A DNA stretch of 32,000 bases from Haloquadratum walsbyi C23 (GTDB lineage Archaea; Halobacteriota; Halobacteria; Halobacteriales; Haloferacaceae): assembly GCF_000237865.1 (NCBI RefSeq), contig NC_017459.1, positions 540,001-572,000 of the forward strand, given 5' to 3'. A model generated the notes under the pieces. The model did not search any database. It had not been told where the DNA came from and saw only the letters and a list, made by a program, of their open reading frames with translations. The translations under genes and the position numbers were made by a program. Numbering within the stretch: position 1 is the stretch's first letter; each line of letters starts with the position of its first letter. This document shows, one piece after another, positions 24,970 to 32,000 of the stretch.

Positions 24970-27900
24970 ATGTCTGAACACTCCTCAACCGCATCAACTG
25001 GCATCGATACAAACCTCACAGAGTTGACGACACTGTCTCTTGGAACAGACGCAATGATAGCTTCCGATATATCGACAATTGCTGTCACGGCGCCAAGCGG
25101 TCATACTGCACTCATTGAAGCCCCTACACAGAACGCTGGAGAAGATATGCATCTTCCTCCGAATGAGACTATTCAGACTATTTCGATTGGTGATAGCACC
25201 ACTGCCCCTGTTATTGACATTGCGCTTGATCGGTATGTATTCTCATTATCCGGAACGACCGTCCAAGCATCCACATCGAGTGGTGTTGAGTTATGGTCAA
25301 CAACCGTCCCAGCGGCGCAATCGCTTACCACGCTCAACACTGACGGTGTTCTTGCCTGTCTCACTGAAACTGGAACAATAATCGGGCTTGATGCTGAAAC
25401 CGGAACAGAACTATTCAGTGTTGACCGACCACATGCAGAGGTCTCGGAACCTCAAGCTATCACGGGTGCTGAAGGGTATCTAGCCATTGGTGCATGGTCA
25501 TTCCTGGTTGTGTTTGACTCAGCGGGTAACTGCATCCTTGAGAAAAATCTTGACGGCACAATCAGCGACCTTGCAGTGCTCTCTGATGCTGTTGTTGTTA
25601 CTCTTCAACATGGTAATATACAACGTGTGTCATACTCAAACGGTGATATCGAGTGGTCACAGCATACAACAGCTAACGATATTGATGGGACCGCAACAGG
25701 AAGTGTGTATGCAATTACGGATAATCATATCACCCATCTTGATGTTGTTGGACGCGCCGATTCGGTTATTAACACTGGTGGTGATCAACTCATGGCGACA
25801 GCAGATCCGACAGTATTGGTTACAACCGATGGAGGCACACAGTCAGTATATCAACAACAGACTGCGACCGAACCGGCGGTCACAGCGACGCTGCTAAGCG
25901 ATACTATTCGTTCTGATGATTCAATACGGTTTCAAATTGAGAATACAGGAACAGCAAACGTATCAGGTAATGTAAAAATCCAACCACCCAAAATGGCACT
26001 TACACTGGGGTCACCGACACCATCGACAGTATCGCTTACACCCGAAGAAGCAGCAACCGTCGCCGCTCCGATTCGTGAACTCCCCTCAGACTCACCATCT
26101 CAATCAGTCACAGTCGATCTATTTATTGACGAGCTAAAAGTTGTGAGTGAGTCTATCAAACTCGCCACACAGTCACCATCATCTGTTGAGACAACTGACG
26201 GTAACTCTGGAGAAAATACCCCAGCGAGCAGTTCAAATCCGATGCATGATACCGATACTGACACTGCTACTGATGCTGTTGAGAAGAACGTCAAGGGCTC
26301 ACAGACTCAAGATTCTATTTCATCATTGCGTAATAAATCATTGTCAGAGTCGTCTACTGACACTCAAATTGAGTCTCCTTCAGAGAACGCCCGTACATCC
26401 GTCGATACATCTAATGAGAATAAGAATGCTGCACAAGTGGATGCGAATTACTCAAATAAGCGTTCTCGTCCATCGCAGTCTGAGTCAACAAAAGCTATCG
26501 ACGCCGCAACAGCGAATGCACAGAGTGGAGAGATAACTACACAGACGAGCATAGCGGCTCAATCTCAGTTATTTGATGATATCGAAACGTCAGTAGACAT
26601 TGAGGCAATTAGAGCCGATCATGCCAGTATCTCTCTCACCGTAACGAACCAATTGGACACTGAGGCAACAATCAGCATTGAGACCGCACAGACTGTTATT
26701 GACGCTGGTGAAACCTCAACACTGCAGACTTCGATTACATATCCCTCCAGCGATGAAATGGGCGATGAGACGGACCTATCATCATTATCATCGACGGTGC
26801 CGACACTTGCCGTAACAGTTGAGGGCAAAACTGAGGAACGAGCACTCATGCCAGATCTTTCTCTTGAGCGACCCTCAATTGATATCACTCCAACTGGCAG
26901 TGTGACGACCCCATTCATCGATATCATTCTCTCGATTCCTTTCGACGTGAGGTTCACTGATAAGCTCTCAGTGATGATTGGTGACACCGAGTTTATACGA
27001 CAAATTACTGTCGATGGTCCAACGAAATTTTATTTTGCTCTCCCAATCTCTACGGCGGTAGTGACGATAGGGACAGTAATCGAGGTTGCTGCGACCCTTG
27101 GTTCAGAGTCAGATACCTCTCTCAGTCATAAAGCACAAATCGACGCAAGCGAGTGGATCGATATTGACTCCGATAGCAAACATGCTACACACTCAGAAGC
27201 CCCCTCATCATCTACGTCTGTCGATCAAGAGATAGCACATCCACTTTCTCCTATTGATGTTGAGTCGGAGACACAGACTATTTCTGACAGCGATGAAATC
27301 GTAAATGCAGATTCAAGCGAATCTTCGATAAGTGAGACAGTTACCAGCGATGATCACCTGCAGGAACTACCAGCAACTACTGCGGATGAGTCGAATAAAG
27401 AGTCGGAGCTACCTCCTAATCAGCAATCTAATGTTACCGTTGCGGAAAAAGAAGCCACCGATGCAGAGCAATCCGCCAGGACAGATATCGAAACGAATCG
27501 AAGTAAACATAACCGAGATGATATATCAGATACATCCACTGATGATACCGATGGTAGCACGACACGTTTAGATCTTTCAAGCGCTCGCAACGCTGGCGCA
27601 AATGATCTGACTGGTGAAAATACACAGCCACATATTACGTCAAACTCTGACGACAGGGGCAAGACTGGCGACGAGCACACTGGAAGAAAAGATGATGTTA
27701 ATGATTCAGACAATACAATAGATTCAGACTCGGATTCAGACTCTGATTCTCAAACAACATCTGAACAGAGCGCTCAAAGCTCGGCAGAATCGGAATCCCC
27801 AGTCGAGTGCACCCGAGTCGTCCCTGATACAGTTCCGTATGGTCACCGATTTGAGGAGTCTATCGTGATCACTAATACTGGTAGTCGGACGATTGAAACT

Positions 27901-28929
27901 GCCAGCATTTCACTCGCAGAGACATCTCTCAATTTAGATGCGATTGATCCAGGCGAGCAGTCGACGGTAACTCGAGCACACGCCGGATTCGATCCTGGTA
28001 GTTGGAATCTTGAACCAGGGCAAGTTATTATTCCAGATGCAACTGTGGATATTCCGCAAAAATCAATTGATATTCAGCCGAATCCGATGAGTGACACTAG
28101 TGCCGACACAAAACAAGTTGCCTCATCTACCGCTAATGTTGACCCATTTATTGCGTATGTCACGCTACATGACGGCATTATACAGTTTGAATGTCATAAT
28201 CTTGGCTCAAGCCCTTGTGATCTCACATCGTTGGCTGCAGATTCTCCTGATAATAATGCCAGTACTATTTCGTGGTCATTTGATGATCCTCCAGTGCTTG
28301 ATGCAGGAGAAACAACACAATTCGAGTGTGGGGGCGGAGCAGACACTGAGAGTCTTACGCCACCGTTCACCGCCCGCATTCGATATCGCCGTACTATCCC
28401 CGAAGATGATCATGAATCAACGCTCGAACATACCACTCTTGCGATTCCTCAAACGGCAGCCGCGACCGGCGGTGATACCCCACTCTCGCTATCAGTCCAA
28501 CCAGAATCTCAACCAGTTATTGATGAGCATAACACAGTCGCCTGTACACTCACGACAGATGCATCAATAACTGATGTAGTTGTCGAGGCAACAGGTGATA
28601 TTGTCGCACCATTGTCTGTTGGTGAGCGAAGTCTTGGAAGGGTTAAAAATGGACGGACAAACAGACAGCTATTCGACATAACCCCACAGCAGGGTCCGAC
28701 AGCATCATTTCATGTTCGCGTAAGTGCAACGCTTGATGGAAGTTCATTTTCACAGCACTATCGCATCACTGGTCCAATTGAGCGCTCTGATTCATCAAAT
28801 CTAGACGAATCAGCATGGCAGGTGGTCCCGGTAGCTGACACAGAGACAGCAGAAGCAGAAGCAGAAACAACACCTCCAAATGTCCGAGTTACGACGACGC
28901 CTCAGGTTCAATCAAAAAGTCACCACTAA
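24970..28929 (+). CDS. Giant acidic protein: N-terminal PQQ/BamB-like beta-propeller, several beta-sandwich (CARDB/Ig-like) modules and two long disordered acidic regions; no signal peptide
   Basis: 1319 aa. Propeller-blade-like repeats include 'GTIIGLDAETGTELFSV', 'VVVFDSAGNCILEKNL' and 'GNIQRVSYSNGDIEWSQ'. Beta-sandwich-like segments include 'IRFQIENTGTANVSGNV', 'ISLTVTNQLDTEATISI', 'IVITNTGSRTIE' and 'FECHNLGSSPCD'. Low-complexity stretches lie at about 26170-26600 and 27150-27800. Confidence 0.85.
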   Translation: MSEHSSTASTGIDTNLTELTTLSLGTDAMIASDISTIAVTAPSGHTALIEAPTQNAGEDMHLPPNETIQTISIGDSTTAPVIDIALDRYVFSLSGTTVQASTSSGVELWSTTVPAAQSLTTLNTDGVLACLTETGTIIGLDAETGTELFSVDRPHAEVSEPQAITGAEGYLAIGAWSFLVVFDSAGNCILEKNLDGTISDLAVLSDAVVVTLQHGNIQRVSYSNGDIEWSQHTTANDIDGTATGSVYAITDNHITHLDVVGRADSVINTGGDQLMATADPTVLVTTDGGTQSVYQQQTATEPAVTATLLSDTIRSDDSIRFQIENTGTANVSGNVKIQPPKMALTLGSPTPSTVSLTPEEAATVAAPIRELPSDSPSQSVTVDLFIDELKVVSESIKLATQSPSSVETTDGNSGENTPASSSNPMHDTDTDTATDAVEKNVKGSQTQDSISSLRNKSLSESSTDTQIESPSENARTSVDTSNENKNAAQVDANYSNKRSRPSQSESTKAIDAATANAQSGEITTQTSIAAQSQLFDDIETSVDIEAIRADHASISLTVTNQLDTEATISIETAQTVIDAGETSTLQTSITYPSSDEMGDETDLSSLSSTVPTLAVTVEGKTEERALMPDLSLERPSIDITPTGSVTTPFIDIILSIPFDVRFTDKLSVMIGDTEFIRQITVDGPTKFYFALPISTAVVTIGTVIEVAATLGSESDTSLSHKAQIDASEWIDIDSDSKHATHSEAPSSSTSVDQEIAHPLSPIDVESETQTISDSDEIVNADSSESSISETVTSDDHLQELPATTADESNKESELPPNQQSNVTVAEKEATDAEQSARTDIETNRSKHNRDDISDTSTDDTDGSTTRLDLSSARNAGANDLTGENTQPHITSNSDDRGKTGDEHTGRKDDVNDSDNTIDSDSDSDSDSQTTSEQSAQSSAESESPVECTRVVPDTVPYGHRFEESIVITNTGSRTIETASISLAETSLNLDAIDPGEQSTVTRAHAGFDPGSWNLEPGQVIIPDATVDIPQKSIDIQPNPMSDTSADTKQVASSTANVDPFIAYVTLHDGIIQFECHNLGSSPCDLTSLAADSPDNNASTISWSFDDPPVLDAGETTQFECGGGADTESLTPPFTARIRYRRTIPEDDHESTLEHTTLAIPQTAAATGGDTPLSLSVQPESQPVIDEHNTVACTLTTDASITDVVVEATGDIVAPLSVGERSLGRVKNGRTNRQLFDITPQQGPTASFHVRVSATLDGSSFSQHYRITGPIERSDSSNLDESAWQVVPVADTETAEAEAETTPPNVRVTTTPQVQSKSHH
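27721..27750 (+). repeat. (Asp-Ser)x5 coding microrepeat inside the giant ORF
   Basis: 'gattcagactcggattcagactctgattct' encodes DSDSDSDSDS. Synonymous codons alternate (tca/tcg/tct, gat/gac), so the repeat is maintained at the peptide level and is not a pure slippage tract. Confidence 0.8.
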
Positions 28930-31609
28930 TTGCTTCTTCTGATTCTTGAGCGTATCGATAGATGGCTCGAAGTTCAAGACTAACGATAATGAGAAATCCG
29001 AACCCAACAGCACCAGCAAGCCCGTATGAGAGTAGCCGCCCGCGTGATAATCGCTGATCAAACGCTGATTGTTCCTCTCGTGCTGTTGTTGCTTGTGCTG
29101 TTGCCCCAGCTGCGTCAAACTTCTCTGTGGCTTCAGCATACGCCTGTGTGATCATTTGCTGGCGTGCATCAACCCGGTCAAGTGCCCCAATCCAGAAAAT
29201 CGGCTGCCCACCAATAGATGTAAGCGTCACTGCTGAAAGATTTGCTTCCGCTTGTCGTGCACGCTGGAGATTATCATTCCCCTCGCTGACAAGCGTGCTA
29301 TATCTCTCGAATGCTGTTTGTGACTGCTGTTGGAACTCATTCGCATCATCTGTATTTCCGGTAAGTGCTGCTAATCGCGCTAGTTGACGCTGTGTTTGTG
29401 CTGTGGTGAGCACAGCGGTCTCGTTATTCTGTGCACGGTCCTGATAGTATGCCCGCTGTTCATCAATTGCGGTTGCAAGCGATTCATCGGCAGCCGATGC
29501 TGCCGTCTCAATTCGATTTTTGACTGGCGTTGTCTCAATTCGGGTTGATGCTGTTTCGAGTGTTCTATACGCTGCCGCTGCCCGAGTAAGTGACCGCTGT
29601 GCAGCAGTATAGTTGCCAGCAGCCTGCTGTTCACGCGCGATTGTGATTTGCTCAATGATCAATACTGAACTTCGACCGGCTGCGCTGACTGTTGTTATAT
29701 CTCCTCTCGCCGTATCTGATCTTTCATCACTTCCCTCACGAAGTCTGTCTGCTAACGCTTCCATTGCTTCTGCTGATTCTGTTGCAACGACTGCGCGGTC
29801 ACTTTCTTCAGGAATATCAGATTCTTGAAGCGATTCGACTGTTGCAGTGAAATCAATCGGTCGGGGAGTCGCTGTAATTGTGATTGTCTCAGTGTCGACA
29901 TTTGACCCTGTAATTTCATATCTCCATGTATACGTGGTGAAGAACTCCGCTCGCGTATCAAACTGTAATGTGGTCACAAACGGTGCTGAGTCACCAGCCT
30001 CAAGTGATGATGGTCGTTCTTCGACGCGAAGCCACCCACTATCCGGTCCAGACACCTGTTCAATATTGAACCGACGGACATCTTGATATCCCAGTCGCTC
30101 GCTGATATCGGTACTCCGCGTGACACGCTGGGTTGCAACAACCTGCCCGTATGTCACATCGCTTTGCCCGGCTTCTATGTCCGTCTCGTGGTCGACAGTC
30201 ACTGTTGAGGATGTTGTTGTCTGTCCTGGCTCGGCAGCATCGATACTGACGTCAAGCCGCCGATCTCCTTCATCTGCAGTTGCACCAGCTGCCACCGAGA
30301 CCTCAACACTCTGTGTTGATTGTGCTGAGATTGTGTCTGGTGCTGAGACAATATCTGCACGCAAACCGCTCCCGCTCACTGACGCATCGACATCCTGAAT
30401 ATCCATTGGGAGATCACCACCATTTTCCACAGCGACACGAACAGTCTCACTGAATGACTCACGCTCTGCCTGCGGTTCGTCAAATGAAATAATCTTATTA
30501 CTTGCCCCGACAGCACCGTAGTATGCTGGATATATAACCCGTGCATCAAATCTGAGATTCGCACTCACGCCGTCCGGATCTGCGGGTCGGAACGTAGCTA
30601 TCCACTCAAGTTGCTCATATTGTTCAGCATCGTCACTTGCCTGAATTGACACACTTCCATCGTCAGACCCTCCTGCAGAGATTCGATTTGGCGGTGATAA
30701 AGAAAGTGATCCATCCCCACTCCGGCGTGTGTAGTCGACATCAATATCTTCGACTGATTCATCACCACCCTCCTCTCTGAGTGTAAATGATTCTTCTGTC
30801 GACTCGCCTATGAGAACATCACCAAGATCAATCGTTCGATCCGACGCCGAAAGAACTGGTGCCTTGATAATCGCAACATTAATTCCAAATGACTCTGAGC
30901 TACCAGTTGAGTCAGAAACTATCACATCAATTGTGTATGTTCCTTCTGAGACCGAGTCTGAGGCGGTGATTTGCGCATTCACCGATTCACGAGAGCCCGC
31001 TCGAATCTCTCCAGGTGAAGTGAGATCAACACGAATCCCTGATGGGCTATTATCGACTGATGCTGAAATCCCTGTCATAACGCCATCACCCACATTTGGT
31101 ATCTCAACATCAACCGTGGCTGACTCAGTTGATCTACCCTTGAACTTAATTTCAGTGCGCTTTCCATCCACCGACCCAAAGCGTGGCTCTAACACATTGA
31201 CATCAACTGAGAGACTCTCAGAATATGATCCGCCACCACTGACATCAACCGTCGGTCTAAAGGAGTATGTTCTTTCGTCTGCACCACTTCGCGCTGTTGC
31301 TCTATATTCAATTGTGTACCGCTGTCCATTCCGAACGGTAAATGAGCTAGCACTCTGTAATTCAAATGTCACGTCACCACCTGCCTGGTCCTCACTCCGC
31401 GGTGTGACACTTGCCGTTCCATTTGCATTCGCGGTGAATGTATAGCTCAATCTCGTTGAATCGCTATCATTGTCTTCAGCTGATTGAATCTGTACCGTGC
31501 CACTTTCTGCGGCGGTTGCAACACCTCCCGCAGCAATCATCGATATAATGAGAAGAGCAATTACAGCTACCTGCAAAGTGGCACTTTGACATCGGCTCAA
31601 CTCACCCAC
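28889..31609 (-). CDS. Large membrane-anchored surface protein: N-terminal signal/anchor, beta-sandwich array, Ala/Gln/Thr/Arg-rich helical stalk, C-terminal TM helix
   Basis: 906 aa. The start is GTG 31609 (alternative TTG 31600). The N-terminus is 'LQVAVIALLIISMIAAGGVATAAESG'. About 570 aa of repeated beta-sandwich-like sequence follows ('TVDVEIPNVGDGVMTG', 'YTIDVIVSDSTG', 'VRVAVENGGDLPM'). Then comes a helical region of about 270 aa, then 'LLSYGLAGAVGFGFLIIVSLEL' and an acidic tail. Confidence 0.85.
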   Translation of the reverse strand: MGELSRCQSATLQVAVIALLIISMIAAGGVATAAESGTVQIQSAEDNDSDSTRLSYTFTANANGTASVTPRSEDQAGGDVTFELQSASSFTVRNGQRYTIEYRATARSGADERTYSFRPTVDVSGGGSYSESLSVDVNVLEPRFGSVDGKRTEIKFKGRSTESATVDVEIPNVGDGVMTGISASVDNSPSGIRVDLTSPGEIRAGSRESVNAQITASDSVSEGTYTIDVIVSDSTGSSESFGINVAIIKAPVLSASDRTIDLGDVLIGESTEESFTLREEGGDESVEDIDVDYTRRSGDGSLSLSPPNRISAGGSDDGSVSIQASDDAEQYEQLEWIATFRPADPDGVSANLRFDARVIYPAYYGAVGASNKIISFDEPQAERESFSETVRVAVENGGDLPMDIQDVDASVSGSGLRADIVSAPDTISAQSTQSVEVSVAAGATADEGDRRLDVSIDAAEPGQTTTSSTVTVDHETDIEAGQSDVTYGQVVATQRVTRSTDISERLGYQDVRRFNIEQVSGPDSGWLRVEERPSSLEAGDSAPFVTTLQFDTRAEFFTTYTWRYEITGSNVDTETITITATPRPIDFTATVESLQESDIPEESDRAVVATESAEAMEALADRLREGSDERSDTARGDITTVSAAGRSSVLIIEQITIAREQQAAGNYTAAQRSLTRAAAAYRTLETASTRIETTPVKNRIETAASAADESLATAIDEQRAYYQDRAQNNETAVLTTAQTQRQLARLAALTGNTDDANEFQQQSQTAFERYSTLVSEGNDNLQRARQAEANLSAVTLTSIGGQPIFWIGALDRVDARQQMITQAYAEATEKFDAAGATAQATTAREEQSAFDQRLSRGRLLSYGLAGAVGFGFLIIVSLELRAIYRYAQESEEAISGDFLIEPEASS

Positions 31610-32000
31610 GGAGCATCGCCCCCAGAAGTAATGAATCGCCGCGCGTGGCAGCTGTCATATCACGTTGCCACAAGGCTACCCGCCAGCCGATGATTCCGAT
31701 GATAATCCCAGTAATAGTACTATACCCAAGAATAAGTGTCGTACTCGCGACTGCCAGTGTATCACGCCGTTGGGCAGCAGCTGATTGTGTTGACTGCACC
31801 GTTTCAAGACGCTCTGTCATCTCATGTTTTTCAGCGATTTCGGTTGCTTGGTCCGCGTCATCAACAGCTTCCGTGGCGGATCGATACTGCTCAAAAACTC
31901 CGGCACCGTACGCACTGATCGCGGTTCCTGCTCCATCGCAGTTTGAGCAGGCCGAAATAAATGTCTGCGCTGAAGCGACAGATGCGTTTAATTCGTCGCG
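31602..32000 (-). CDS. 3' end of an upstream ORF truncated by the window edge; helical region plus C-terminal TM anchor, with the same C-terminal plan (helical stretch then TM helix) as the 906-aa protein
   Basis: I translated the minus frame by hand and it stays open from 32000 down to the TGA at 31602-31604: '...RDELNASVASAQTFISACSNCDGAGTAISAYGAGVFEQYRSATEAVDDADQATEIAEKHEMTERLETVQ...LILGYSTITGIIIGIIGWRVAL...'. The track shows only the part from the internal Met (31602-31820). The stop overlaps the GTG start of the 906-aa gene. Confidence 0.6.
   Translation of the reverse strand, partial: RDELNASVASAQTFISACSNCDGAGTAISAYGAGVFEQYRSATEAVDDADQATEIAEKHEMTERLETVQSTQSAAAQRRDTLAVASTTLILGYSTITGIIIGIIGWRVALWQRDMTAATRGDSLLLGAMLRG

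Noticed and set aside
19995-28929. Gas-vesicle (gvp) cluster, considered because an AAA+ ATPase occurs with acidic helical proteins in a Haloquadratum-like genome.
   Set aside because: There are no GvpA/J/M-like small hydrophobic proteins. The ATPase does not look like the GvpN-type AAA+ as I recall it, since it carries a Cdc48-type N-domain. Gene sizes and order do not match gvpACNO/FGHIJKLM.
28889-29020. Possible PGF-CTERM/archaeosortase sorting signal at the C-terminus of the 906-aa protein.
   Set aside because: There is no PGF tripeptide, and the TM helix is followed by a 25-aa acidic tail instead of a short basic stub at the extreme C-terminus. It looks like a plain C-terminal TM anchor.
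29127-31445. Plus-strand ORFs antisense to the 906-aa gene, including a 211-aa ORF at 30810-31445.
   Set aside because: Their Ser/Thr/Arg/Pro-rich composition is typical of the reverse complement of an acidic gene. None has a plausible promoter or start context. The minus frame is continuous for 906 codons.
18758-32000. Idea that the cluster is an integrated pleolipovirus-like or other provirus (small membrane protein, spike-like protein with signal peptide and C-terminal anchor, NTPase).
   Set aside because: There is no integrase, Rep, att-like direct repeat or tRNA target in the window. The ATPase is a full cellular-type Cdc48-N/AAA+ rather than a small viral P-loop NTPase. Composition looks native, and the gene sizes far exceed pleolipoviral ones. 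The idea cannot be fully excluded without the flanking sequence.
1-32000. Search for CRISPR arrays, tRNA/rRNA genes, long perfect direct or inverted repeats, and IS termini.
   Set aside because: Reading through the spacers, I saw no regularly spaced 25-40-nt repeats, no cloverleaf-capable GC-rich ~75-nt blocks and no rRNA-like segments. This was done by eye only. tRNAscan-SE, Infernal and a self-dotplot would be decisive.

Overview
The window looks like chromosomal DNA from a haloarchaeon. Almost every credible ORF encodes a strongly acidic (D/E-rich) protein. By eye the GC content is only moderate, and there are long AT-rich spacers. That combination is what I would expect from a Haloquadratum-like genome rather than a typical high-GC member of the Halobacteria; this is an inference, not a database match.

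Positions 1-18.3 kb hold ordinary housekeeping and accessory genes:
- a TAXI-type TRAP transporter operon (receptor, DUF1850, fused permease)
- a photolyase/cryptochrome-family gene with a low-complexity insertion and a long acidic tail
- a 51-aa double-CxxC zinc-ribbon ORF that the ORF track missed
- a small 4-TM protein
- a DUF5789-like / archaeal-type adenylate-kinase-like / YjbQ operon
- a formate/nitrite-transporter channel fused to two USP domains
- a membrane zinc-ribbon protein
- a PsiE-like protein
- a PfkB/KDG-type sugar kinase
- a Nudix hydrolase translationally coupled to an endonuclease-type MutL

Positions 18.7-32 kb are the interesting part. A pair of small membrane proteins is transcribed divergently from a tightly packed five-gene operon. 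That operon encodes a winged-helix-like repeat protein, a coiled-coil protein, a helical adaptor overlapping the next gene by ATGA, a single-module AAA+ ATPase with a Cdc48-type N-domain, and a 1319-aa signal-less protein made of a beta-propeller plus beta-sandwich modules. The operon converges on, and overlaps at its 3' end, a second operon of large membrane-anchored surface proteins (beta-sandwich array, helical stalk, C-terminal TM). That second operon runs off the window edge. Apart from the ATPase, I cannot place any of these proteins in a described pathway, so this is my candidate for an uncharacterised system.

I found no rRNA, tRNA, CRISPR array, integrase or intact transposase.
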